DNA from: Octopus sinensis
Taxonomy: Eukaryota
DNA: 64,000 nucleotides
Direction of reading: 5' to 3'
NCBI RefSeq assembly: GCF_006345805.1
Contig: NC_042999.1
Location: 9,734,001 to 9,798,000, forward strand
The translations under genes and the position numbers were made by a program. The notes under the pieces are model-generated. The model searched no databases, was not told the origin of the DNA, and saw nothing but the letters and a program-made list of their open reading frames with translations. Within the stretch, counting starts at the first letter, position 1, and each line of letters opens with the position of its first letter. Of the stretch, positions 51,736 through 64,000 are shown piece after piece.

Positions 51736-51992
51736 TATTATTATTATTATTTTTCTTTTTATAGCGTGCTTTCACTTACTCAGTTTTTCGTACATTTTAT
51801 GTTGTAAGTTTACACTACGTACTTCCCGATTGTTACTCTTGGGTTGAATAATACCAGTATTATTTAATTTATTCGTGGTTTTTTTGTACATGGTGTTTGG
51901 GGCCGGAGATGATCTGTTGTTGATGGACCGTAATGTATCACGCATGTTTACATGTGTTGTGTTAGAGGTGGAGATGATATCGAGTTAAAATA

Positions 51993-52049
<57 letters not shown>

Positions 52050-52054
52050 ATATG

Positions 52055-52368
52055 AGAACAGGTATCAAAGATACAAAACTTTTTAGGTTTATAAGCCCTA
52101 AAATTCCCCCTATAATTGCCCACGGGCATATAGCATAATGGTTTCGAGCGCGGGCTACGAAGTCGAAGATTACGAGTTCAATTCCAGGCAGTGCCTTGAA
52201 TAAATAATGATAATAAAATCAGCAAAAAATACCATAGGAATGAGAACCCAGGGTTGAGTTCAAAATTTTCCCAAGACACCTGATGAAGGCTGGAGAGTAA
52301 ATCAGCCGAAACGTTGCGATAACAACAAACAAGAAGAGGACAAATATCCGTCCAATGTAAATAATGTA
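52055..52368 (+). mobile_element. Family F Penelope-like 3' end with the best-preserved HHR core
   Basis: ORF-end and leader homologous to 33425-33490, decayed tRNA-like head, CTGATGA 52280-52286, GGCTG/CAGCC stem II, GAAACGTT 52308-52315. Confidence 0.75.
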
Positions 52369-52670
52369 TTTCACCTGAAGATCTAAGTCTCAGCCAACCT
52401 GTCAACTTTCTTGTCTGAACATTGGCATAAATCGAAATTCTCGTATATTCTTTTTTAATCTTTTTTTACTTGTTTCAGGCACTGGAATACGGCCATGCTA
52501 TAGTATCATTTTGAAGGGTTTTAGTTGAACAAATCGACCGGTGTACTTATGAGTTGTTTTTTTTTAAGACCAGGGTGTCAAGCAATGGGATACCATCTCT
52601 CCAAAGTTCTTTACTTCATGTCTAGAAATGGTCATGAGACTTCGCGCGCGCGCATGTATGTGTGTGTGTA

Positions 52671-52706
<36 letters not shown>

Positions 52707-52759
52707 TTCTTTACTACCCACAAGGGGCTAAACACAGAGGGGACAAACAAGGACAGATA

Positions 52760-53530
52760 AACACATTAAGACGAAACAGGACAGGTGTCGTGAACATCAA
52801 TGTCGACCAACTAAAACACCTTCGATTCGCAGAAGAGATTGTGGTTATTGCTGAAACCACAGGCCAGCTCTGTCAGGCCATGCTGACAAAGTTGGTCACT
52901 CAGAGTTTAGCAATAGATCTAAACATGAACCGCATGAAAACAAAATATATGCAGTCGGAAGACGTAGCACAAAGCCGAATAGAGGTGGGGAACGATGAAA
53001 TTGCGGCGGTAAAAGAGGACGTTTAGTTCGGGCGCACAGGGGATACGTGTCGCGATACGGATGTTGAAATCTCAAAGAGAATGGGGGCGGGATGAAAGGC
53101 ATTTAACTCAAGGTATGAGCTCAAAACGAAGCAAAACAATGCCACATGTGCCAGAAACTTCTATAGCACTGTCCTACATGCGCTCTCATATACAAGGGAG
53201 ACGTGGGCTATTGCGGAGAGGATAGAACATCGAGTGGCTACGACGCAAAGGGCCTTGGAAAGAACCATACTAGAAAGATCACTATGAGAGCATATTCGAA
53301 ATGAGAGAATTCGAGAACGGAGCGGAATGACCGAGTGATCGCAGAATAGCAAAAGCAGGAATTCCACTGCTCCGGACATGTTGCAAGATTTACAGAGAAT
53401 AAGCGAACCCGTGAAGTTGCCGAGTGGTATCCAAGAGATCGGAAAGTTCCACTTGGAAGGTAAAGCAATTTGGGTGAAGAGAGAAAAGAATGACGCAATC
53501 AAGATAAAATTGGAAGCGCATCGTGACTAG
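52760..53530 (+). mobile_element. RTE-clade LINE 3' fragment (decayed)
   Basis: LKHLRFAEEIVVIAET (FADD decayed), LNMNRMKTKYM, YTRETWA, HIRNERIRERSG. Confidence 0.85.
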
Positions 53531-55099
53531 CGGTGTATAACAGCATCTGATGGTCTAGTTGATAATGTGAAATATACCTGTGTGTGTGTGTACACACGAC
53601 TGGATTCTACACAACAGCTTCTGTCTCCCAAATTTACTCACAATACAATGGCCGGTCGTGGGGCTGAGACACTTCTTCCCCCAACGTACCATGCAGTGGG
53701 GCCGAACCTGAAAGCAACGTGGTTGCAAAGAGGGCTTCTTAACCACACAGCCATGCCTCTTGATATTTTTAAACGACGCTGGAAGAATAAAGCGGGGAAC
53801 TGGTTGCAGCCGGACACGGTTAAACACAACGTAAAGGGACTTCAGTAAATGTTCTCTGAATATCATATTTGGTTCTGAATCGGTGGCTTCTGATCAGTCG
53901 GCAGAATAACTTGCCGACGTGTAGCTTGGCCTACAAATAGCCAATGTGACTGTACCACTGCAGTTTAGTCTGCGAGAAGTATAATTGATGCTGTTGTTGT
54001 TGTTGCTGCTGTTGAGCGCTGTTGAGCGAAGCGGTCTTCGTCCCAGAGTGGGAGAAGTCCGAAACGTGGTCCTTTGCTATTCGTAAGACCCGCAGAAGAG
54101 AAAGCAGGTCAACCCCAGACACCGAGAGCATCGATGGATGGATGAATATGCATCCAGGCTCAGTGGTTGCGTAGGAAGTCGGGGACAAGAAACAGGAAGA
54201 AAGAGTGAGAGAAAGTTGGGGCGAAAGAGTACAACAGGGGTCGCCACCACACCCTGCCAGAGCCACGTGGAGCTTTAGGTGCTTTTGCTCAATAAACACA
54301 CACAACGCCCGGTCTGGGAATCGAAACCGCGATCCTCCGACCGCAAGTCCGCTGCCCTAACCACTGGGCCATTGCGCCTCCTTGCTGCTGCTGCTGTTAT
54401 TAAACCCCCAATCCCTCCATATCGAGCAAATCCTTGTTAAAAGACGTTCCTCGTTAACAGCATAACTATGTGTTGACATACAGACAGACAGGAACACAAA
54501 CACACAAACTGATAGATACAAACAGACACACACAAGTGTTATAAGAAGCACAGAAAACACAATTGGTACTTTAAGCTTTATAAGACTTACACGTGTTTCA
54601 GTAAGTCGGCAGTCAGTAGTACGCAAGGCAGTTTGCAAAGTAGCGTTACACAAATCGAAAATCCTTTTCAGTATTCTCAGGAAAAAAACAAAAGTTAGTT
54701 GGAAATTCGCCCTAATATATTCCTGCAAATTACATTCAACTTCATTGGTATGATAGAATCCACAACTTCTGGGGTCGATAAAATAAAGTACAAGTCAATT
54801 ACAGGAGTTGCTGTTATCGACTTGCTACCTCCGCCTAAAATTGCTAGCCTTGGGCGAAAATTTGAAATTATTATTATTGAGTGGAGATAAGGCGGCGAGC
54901 TGGCAGAATCGTTAGCACGCCGGGCGACATGCTAAGTAGTATTTCACCCGTCTCCACGTTCTCAGTTCAATTTCCGCCGGGGTCGACTCTGCCTTTCATC
55001 CTTTCGGGGTAGATAAAATAAGTACCAGTTGAACACTGGGGGCGATGCCATCGGCTTACCCCAACCCCGAAATTGCTGGCTTTGTGCCAAAATTTGAAA

Positions 55100-55520
55100 T
55101 TATTATTATTATTGCTTTTGCACAGCTTCTAATGCTGGAGATGTATTACAATGTCAACTGTTCACTACCAGTGAACTAAGGTAACACCTCTTATTTTTCG
55201 AGCACCTTCCGGAGTATTTGAGCAGTTCCAAGCAGTGTTGTTTTCTGCAAGTGCTCCACCCTTATTGCAGCTCCTATTTGTTCCACGTACTTCTCGAGAT
55301 TTTTACTCACTGTTCCCAGGGCTCCGACAATTATTGGTACTACTCCCACTTTTTTTAACGACCACAACTGCTTTACTTCCCAAGCTAACCTGTCATATCT
55401 CTCGACTTTTCTTTCTTCTTTATCGCATACCTTGTTGTCAGCTGGGCATGCTATATCTATGATCCAGCATAGTTTGTTTTCTTTCTCAATCAAGACTATA
55501 TCCGGCTTCGTATTCTCGTT
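55100..55520 (-). mobile_element. R4/Dong-like LINE 3' end with PD-(D/E)xK endonuclease
   Basis: KPDIVLIEKENKLCWIIDIACP...VVPIIVGALG...LQKTTLLGTAQILRKVL, UTR, (TAA)n on both sides. Confidence 0.88.
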
Positions 55521-55543
55521 ATTATTATTATTATTATTATTAT

Positions 55544-55599
<56 letters not shown>

Positions 55600-56409
55600 A
55601 AATGGCTCTTTACATTTTAAGTTCAAATCGTGTCAACTTTGCCATGTATCCTTTCCAACTCGACAAACCAAAGTATCAGTCGAGTACGGAAGTTAGTTTA
55701 ACCGATCGACTCCTCTCTACAAATTAGTGGTTCAGTGTCTGCACTAGAAACGGTTATTAGATGTTAGGAAATGGTGCCATATGAATGGTAGACTCCACAG
55801 AAAGAGCCTGTCTTGCAAAAAAATATTCTTATGGAAAGGTAGAAAACGGAGGTCACGGATGGCGGCGTTTCGTTACGCCTTTTTACCCGCTTAAGGTGGA
55901 AAATCCGGCCAGGATTGTCTTTGCCTTTCATCTCTCCTCGAAATTATCGTTGTTGCTGATGTTGTTGTTGCTGTCGTCATAACGTAAATTGAGAGGAACG
56001 AGGAAATATTTAGCTAAAAACCAACACAGCTAGTTCTTTGTTTAAAGCTAAAGCGGTCTCTGCTGATAATTACACCATATTAAACAACAGCCAATCAAAT
56101 ATAGCAGCGTATAAATAAATAACAAATAGATACAATAAAGCAAGAGAACAAGATGGCGGCTAAGGGAGAGAGTTTTTCTCATTCTCTTTTTTCTTTTTTG
56201 TTTCTATTGTTGTTGTTGTTGTTGTTGTTGTTGTCCAAGTAGCTGATCGCCTGTAATTGTCATTTTACGAGGGACTGAGTCCGCTGCACTATTCTTGCGG
56301 CACGTGACTTTACCTGACACGTGGTCTTTCATCGAGCACGTGACTTTCCTAAGCGCCCGCTGCCATCAAGGCGACTTACTCGAGTAACCGACCAATGCTA
56401 CTCTGTGTG

Positions 56410-56647
56410 TATTGTTGTCGTCATCATCACCATCACCATCACCACCATCACCATCTCCATCACCACCACCACCACCACCACAACCATATTCATCATAGTC
56501 ATAACCATCATCAACATCACAAATCAGTCTCATCGTCGTCTTCATTATCACCTTACCACCACCATCGTCATCATCATCATCATCATAACCACCATCACCA
56601 CCATCATCATCATCATCATTATCATCATCACCACCATCATCATCATC

Positions 56648-56700
<53 letters not shown>

Positions 56701-56885
56701 TATTATCGTCATAATCACTTTTCAGCCTCGTCGTCGTCATCATGATCATTACCATCATCATCATCGTCATCATCATTATCAACATCACGCCACCACTACC
56801 ATCAGCATCATCATTATCATCACCATCGTCGTCGTTGTCATCATCATCATCATCATCATCATCACAATAGTCGTCGTCACCGTTA
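56410..56885. repeat. (CAT/CAC)n trinucleotide low-complexity tract
   Basis: Degenerate triplet repeat; similar tracts at 24880-25110, 36380-36700 (GAA) and 37300-37710 (GGT/GTT). Confidence 0.95.
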
Positions 56886-57180
56886 ATGCCAAAGTATCGG
56901 TTGTGGAGGAGCGTGAACAAAGTAATTATATTTCATGGTTGCTGTTGTTGTTGCTGTTGTTGTTGTTGTCTCTGTGATTCGCTTCCATTTTCCCAATTTT
57001 ACAGAGGTAAAACTACCTGTCACCAGGTCCAGAAGGTAGGGAAACAAATAAAACATAAATAAATACAAAACGATATAATGGCAAAGACAACAACAATAAC
57101 AACAAGATGAATAACCTTCCATTTAGGCATTGTTGATGCTTATTGCAAACCTGGACAGTCACAGCTGGCCGAGTCTCTCC

Positions 57181-57251
<71 letters not shown>

Positions 57252-57636
57252 AATATTTCCATGTAGTCGAGATCTCTGGCGCCATTTTTGTACTTTGGGC
57301 AAAAAACACAACATCAAACGGAAAAATTCAACTTTATAACTCGTGGTCGATGAGGTACCATTCTGTAGATTAAGGTAACATGCAGCTCTTTGACGAAGGG
57401 GGTCTTCGAGATCTGCTGGAGTGCTTTCACGTCCATCACCGGATTGCTTTGCAGCCACGTTGTTTTAAGATCAATCCCGCTTCGCGACACTTTAGACAAG
57501 TGTCTTCCACAAAGGCCCAGGAATGACCGATGCCTTGTGAATGGATTTGATTCACGGAAACTGAAAGAAACATAAGACTTCGCGCGCGTGTGTATGTGAG
57601 TGTATGTATGTGTATGTGTCCATATATGTATGTGTA

Positions 57637-57736
<100 letters not shown>

Positions 57737-57906
57737 GCGTAGGAGTGGCTGTGTGGTAAGTAGCTTGTTTACCAACCACATGGTTTCCGGGTTCAGTCCC
57801 ACTGCGTGGCACCTTCGGCAAGTGTCTTCTACTATAGCCACGGGCCGACCAATGCCTTGTGAGTGGATTTGGTAGACGGAAACTGAAAGAAGCCCTCGTA
57901 TATATG

Positions 57907-57958
<52 letters not shown>

Positions 57959-58130
57959 TGTGTCTGTGTTTGTCCTCCTAGCATTGCTTGACAACCGATG
58001 CTGGTGTTTTATGTCCCCGTTACTTAGCGGTTCGGCAAAAGAGACCGATAGAATAAGTACTCGGGGTCGAGTTGCTCGATTAAAGGCGGTGCTCCAGCAT
58101 GGCCGCAGTGAAATGACTGAAACAAGTAAA
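57737..58130 (+). mobile_element. Family B SINE, near full length
   Basis: Same head, core and CR1-like tail, with an internal deletion near 58040. Confidence 0.88.
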
Positions 58131-58132
58131 AG

Positions 58133-58236
<104 letters not shown>

Positions 58237-58578
58237 GTAAAGACCCCTTTCCATCACGAATGACCATGTGATTGCACCTAGAAAGTTCCCCTCTGAGGCA
58301 CAAGTCTGGTCAAGGTTGTTTGTGGAAGACCAGCAGTCTCCCATGCAAACCAGACTCCCCTCTGCACACCACTGATGTTGTCCAAGGGAAAGGCAAAGGG
58401 GCCGATACAGCTTGGCACCTGTGACGTCGCAACTCATTTCTACAGCTGAGTTAACTGGAGCAGCGTGAAATAAAGTGTCTTGCTCAGGAACACAACACAC
58501 AGCCCTGTCCGAGAATCGAACTCACTACCGCGTGATTGTGGGGCCAACTCTCTAGCTACTTGAGCCATGCGCCTTCAC
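58237..58578 (-). mobile_element. tRNA-derived SINE (family E head and core, distinct tail)
   Basis: Reverse strand reads GAAGGCGCATGGCTC...GAGTTCGATTC...CTGAGCAAGACACTTTATTTCACGCTGCTCCAG. Confidence 0.75.
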
Positions 58579-61500
58579 ACGTATATGATAGGGGACAAAC
58601 GCAAATACTAAAACACACATATATACATACATACATATATATATAAATACACACACGCACACATATATGTATGCGTGTATGTATGTATGAATGTCTGTGC
58701 CTTTATATACATGTATGTATGCATGTATGTAGATATGTATGAGTGTGTATTTTTGTGTGTGTTTTTGTTTGTGTTTGTCCACCCCCCCCCCCCCCACTGC
58801 TTGACAACCGGTGTTGGTTTGTTTAGGTCCCTGCAACTTAGCGGTTCGGCAAAGACACCGATCGAATAAGTACCAGACTGGAGCGGATTTGTTCAACTAA
58901 ACCATTGACGACAGTGCCCCAGCCTGGCCGCATTCTAATCACTAAAAGAAGTAAAAGCCGAAAGGTGAGAGCCTTGCAGACTTCGCAGCCAATCCAAAGA
59001 ACAGTGTGTGTTTTTCAAGTCGTTTAATGACGAGAAATCTGCTCCTTATTTCTTTATTGCCCACAAGGGGCTAAACCTAGAGGGGACAAACAAGGACAGA
59101 CAAAGGGATTAAGTCGATTACATCGACCCCAGTGCGTACTGCTCCAATCGTCATTAACACATCGACCGATTAGCCACAAGATCGGTGGTAGGAGATAAGC
59201 AATAAGATTCGTTCTTTTTACATTCTGAGTTCAAATCTTATCGAGATTAAATTTGCTTTCTATTTTCGCAGGTCGACACAATAAGTACCAGTCGCTTTGG
59301 TAGAAATGGGCTTTTCACAAATTCATTATTGACAGGCAGCATCGGACAAAATACTTAGCAGCTCTGTACGTCCTGAGTTCAAATCCCACCAAGATTAACT
59401 TTGCCTTTCATCCTTTCAGGGTCGATAAAATAAAGTACCAGTCAAGTACTGAGTTCGATAGTGTCGAGAAAACCCCTCCCCTCAAAACTGCTGGCTTAAT
59501 TCAGAAACTATTCATTCCATTCCATGACGTACAGGTTATTAAATAAGAACCCCGACCACGTAGTTCCGGGATCAGACCCTCTGCGTGGCAACTTGGGCGT
59601 GTGTTTTCTACTCAATAAACCAAAGTATCAGTCGAGTACGGAAGTTAGTTTAACCGATCGACTCCTTCCTACAAATTAGTGATTCAGTGTCTGCACTAGA
59701 AACGGTTATTAAATGGTAGGAAATGGTGCCATATGAATGGTAGACTCGGGCCGACAAAACCTTGTGAGTGGATTTTGTGGATGGAAACTGAAGGAAACTC
59801 GTCGTATATGTATGTGTGCGTGAATGCGCGCGCACATGTACGTTTATTCCCAACCACCCCTTGCCAACCGGTGTTGGTGTGTTTACGTCCCCGTAGTTTA
59901 GCGGTTCTGCAAAGTATACCGATAGAATAAGTACCAAGCTTATGAAAAAATAGCACTGGGTTCGATTCATTCAACTAACGCCGTAGCCTAATGACCGTAA
60001 CAAGTAAAAGGTGAAAAGATAAAACATGGGGAAAATTCTAGTTCACCTCAATGAAGCATCGCGTGTGTGGGGAACAGCGGGATTCAAAGCGATGACGTAT
60101 ATGTTCAGTCTTAATACGTTCTGGCAAATTTGAGCGTGAATATCGCTGTTGTTTTCCATCTCCGGAGAACAACTTCTTTCAGAAAATTGATTTATTGAAC
60201 TAAGGGAAATTTGCAACATCGCAACGTTTCGACCTGGTTATGTCTCTTCAGTCTAAGCTACGTCCATGAGTATGGTAAATTATCATTGGATTAGAAGACA
60301 TGAGCATGCATCAGCCGAATAATTTGTTTGATGAATTCTATAAAGAAGAGCCAGAATCCTTGTTTGGATTTATTGGTCCCAGGGTAGCTTTGGCTGACAA
60401 GAATCAACCAGGTCGAAACACTAATGTCTCAGAGTCTCTCTACGCCAATGAACAGCGTGTATAGTGAAGATAAATTGTCTGAAAGGGGACGTTGTTCTTC
60501 AATGATAAGATACAACAGCGATTAGCGTCTTCACATTCAAATCTACTGGAATGGATTAAGAAGGATTATCTACGTCACTGTTATTTAATTTACTTTATTA
60601 CTTATGCTGTGCATAATGAAATAATAAATTATTACTACTTTTTCAAGGCTCTCAAGCATTTGCATAAATTATCTAAAGTCTGAAAGTATATCTTTTAGAA
60701 CTCAGCAGTGTACTCAGATACCCTTTGTGGCGCCCCGGTGTGTTGCGGGACTTTATTTATTATTACGGTAACGCTGACAGGAATCGCGAGGTACCATTAT
60801 ATCATTATCCCGTTATGGCATTGTCCATCTCTTCTACAAGAATATATAGAAGCATTTGACTTTAGAAATGTTACATTAAAGTTGACAGCAAAACATTCGC
60901 CAGTGACACAGCTCTCCACGATGAACCGTACCTCAATATGGTACCATAGCGAAGTCATTAAAGAGCAAAATATGATTAGCTAAAGCAGATTGCAGTGATA
61001 GAGGTCAGTAGAATGTCATTTCAGTGATTCGACCAGCTGCGAATTCTGTAAATAATACAGAGATACCTTATTAGCCATTATTTTAGAAAACTCAACATAT
61101 CCCTTTTAACACTTTTGTTTTCGTTTTCAGATAAACTTAAACGGTCTCCAATTACACAAACGTTGACTTGGCTCGCAGGTGCGCGTATCCCTAACATATT
61201 TATCAGTAAAATTGATATCGTTGGTCAAATACACAGACTCACTTATTTATATCCGTGGCTTTCAATTACCTTTTAGAAAAATAAACAGCACAGAATTACA
61301 ACGTGTTGGTGTCTCTGTTGTATAATTAGTAACACCAACAGACAAAGATTTCAACCTCACCAACTTTTATAATCTACGTAAGAGATTAATTGTGACGGTC
61401 ACCGTGGAATAAAGGTAAACCCTCACTGCAAATGGGAGCAAGTCCTGGTTTCCTGTTAATTTTATCGTTAATGATAAAGTAAAAAAACACCGCAAATTAT

Positions 61501-62621
61501 CATTTCCCGCCTCTCCCGACAACGGTTCTTTATGTGGTTACTTGATTTGCTAAAAATAGCAATCAAATATCACACAAGTCTTACCCTGGTATCTTTATGA
61601 AAGGACACATTGAGTATTAAAAAATGTCGGTGTGGCCATGGTTGGAATGCCTTTCATTCTAAGTTTGTTCAGTCAGATTTACCAGGAGCTAAACAAAAAC
61701 AACGACAATAACAAACAGGACGAGAAATAGCAGCCATATCTCCCTCAAATCGCACCTTACAAATCTTAAATAATGTGAAGACGAATTGGCTGATATAGAT
61801 TTAGATACTTGCTGAAAAGATGGGATGGTCACAGGTGGAACACCTTTGATGACAAGTCTGCTCGATCAAGAGTAGCTGGGGCTAAACAACAGCCTTATAT
61901 GAAACAACTTTAGAATGGAAACATTGATTGTGGCAGTTTAGAACGAAATAAAAGATTTACTTTATCCTGTTCGGTGCTTTACACGCCTAAGTGAAAATAA
62001 TGAGGCCTTCCGTCCCCATCAATGGCCTCAGTAATTGGCATTAAGCTGATGAACGGTCAGCCAAACGACTGTTATTGCTCGCTTAGGAAAAATAAAACGG
62101 GAAACTGAACTGAAGCTCAAAAGAAAAGAAAAAAAGACGAAATCAATAAAATTATCAATAAATTTATTATTATTGTGATTTTTGTGTATTTCCTATATTA
62201 TGTCGGTAAGTCTTTCATCGTTTTGAAATTTTCTGTTTTCCTTTCTCGGACATGATTTGAGTCGAGTTCAATGATAGCGTTTTGAGCTGTGAGTCACTGG
62301 TTCATTGTCATGCGACGAGGACAGCGCCTGTTTATTGTTAGTTTCTAAAGACACATGTAATAGCAATTAACGAAATAGAAAATTGAAAACCAGACAGGAA
62401 ATATATTGATTTCTAACATTAACACAAGGCCACACGGTGTGTGTGTGGGGAGGCTGGAGTCGATTAAATAGACACCAGATTGATACTTGATTGAAAGGAT
62501 TAAAAAAAAAGAAAATCAATCCCATCTGGGTTTGAACCCAAAACAAAAACACAAGCTTTGGAGACATTTATTGTAGAGACTCTGCCTTCTTCTAGCTTCA
62601 GATGGTAACTGGCAGAGAATA

Positions 62622-63123
62622 AGGCGGCGGCGAGCTGGCAGAATCGTTAGCACGCCGGGCGAAATGCTTAGTGGTATTTAGTCCGTATTTAGTCCGTCGC
62701 TGCGTTCTGAGTTCAAATTCCGCTGAGGTCGACTTTGCCTTTCATCCTTTCGGGGTCAATTAAATAAGTACCAGTTACACACTGGGGTCGATATAATCGG
62801 CTTAATACCTATGTCTGTCCTTGTTTGTCCCCTCTGTGTTTAGCCCCTTGTGGGTAATAAAGAAATAGGTACTAACAGAGAATAAGGCGGCGATGAGCTG
62901 GCAGAATCGTTAGCACGCCGGACGAAATGCTTAGTGGTATTTCGTCCGTCGCTGCGTCCTGAGTTCAAATTCTGCTGAGGTCGACTTTGCCTTTCATCCT
63001 TTCGGCGTCGATTAAATAAGTACCAGTTACACATTGGGGTCGATATAAACGACATAATCCGTTTGTCTGTCCTTGTTTGTCCTGTCTGTGTTTAGCCCCT
63101 TGTGAGTAGTAAAGAAATAGGTA
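62622..63123 (+). mobile_element. Two tandem family A SINEs
   Basis: CTGGCAGAGAATA at 62609-62621 and 63124-63136; variant CTAACAGAGAATA at 62872-62884. Confidence 0.9.
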
Positions 63124-64000
63124 CTGGCAGAGAATATTCACCCTTTAATCTTTAGTTTGCTACATTCTTTTTGATGTGTTTGCGTACGTGTCAGCGATGT
63201 ACTGGTCCTCCGTCAGATACAACGACGAGCGATCCAAATGATCCGATCAACTGGAACAGCCTCCTGATGAAATTAACGTGTAAGCAGCCGAGTACTCCAC
63301 AGACGCGTGTACCCTTAATGTAGTTCTCAGGGAGATTAAGGGCGGCACAAAATGGGACAGGGCTGACCCTTTAAATTACAGGTATAACTCATTTTTGCCT
63401 GCTGAGTAAACTTGAGTAATGTGGAATAAAGTGTCTTGCTCAAGGACACCACCGTGAATCGAACTCACCACCCTACGATATTTAGCCAAATATTCTAACC
63501 AAAAAGCCTTGACGATGTATAAACTGTATCGTAAGAACTGTCTGGAGTCCTTGAGCTCATTAGGGGTCAGCTGCCTCTTCTCTGTGGTGTGTTAGTGACT
63601 GAGATTACAACATTTCCCCTGAAGTACAACCAACATTGGAGCATGCCACCGCCGCCGCTCTCATATGTGAGATGTTACTTCCTTTTTTTATTTTTTTTGA
63701 CGCGAAGTGGAGGGTTCGAATCTAGTGTTTGATTTCTTTTCACAACAAATCCTAATAAATCTCACTTGCTCTCTAAATCAAATTGCAGCTCCTTTTAATC
63801 AAACTCTTAGCGCTCGCTTCTCAGGCGTTTTAATATCTACGTTTCAAATTTATTTTAATAGATTTTATAAGAAAATAAACCGCAAAAAAATTCAAAGATC
63901 TTTCACCATTCATATCTATCAATAAACTTTTCAATAATTTATCTCTCCACCAAAATCTCAAAATAAATTTCTGTTTTATTCTTGAACTCCCTACCCTCTT

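Noticed and set aside
56321-56977. Poly-His, poly-Asp and poly-Ile ORFs
   Set aside because: Trinucleotide repeat open in several frames on both strands, with no domain
62040-62075. CTGATGA followed by GG..CC
   Set aside because: No GAAA and no stem I; likewise CTGATGA near 63265, which is a SINE E variant

Overview
Eukaryotic, AT-rich, microsatellite-saturated DNA. The repeat families resemble those I recall from Octopus genomes (inference, not checked). Only one protein-coding gene is supportable: a two-exon ankyrin-repeat/SOCS-box (ASB-family) gene at 219-396 + 3369-4492 (433 aa; the ORF track shows it as two unrelated ORFs, but splice sites and phase join them). The rest is mostly mobile DNA: at least four tRNA-derived SINE families, truncated CR1, RTE and R4/Dong LINEs, Helitrons (two non-autonomous copies and a helicase remnant), MITE-like foldbacks and satellites. 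The most interesting signal is a set of hammerhead-ribozyme (HHR) motifs in Penelope-like element (PLE) remnants. One family places a tRNA-derived Pol III promoter between the end of a GIY-YIG ORF and an HHR (5 loci). A 209-bp palindrome carries two near-identical type I HHRs. A separate type I HHR with a long interrupted stem I starts a highly structured ~170-nt unit. PLE-borne HHRs are established in general; the tRNA-head/HHR fusion is the part that may be undescribed. Most ORF-track entries are microsatellite or antisense-repeat artefacts, many with TTG/GTG starts. All folds were done by eye, and repeat boundaries are approximate.
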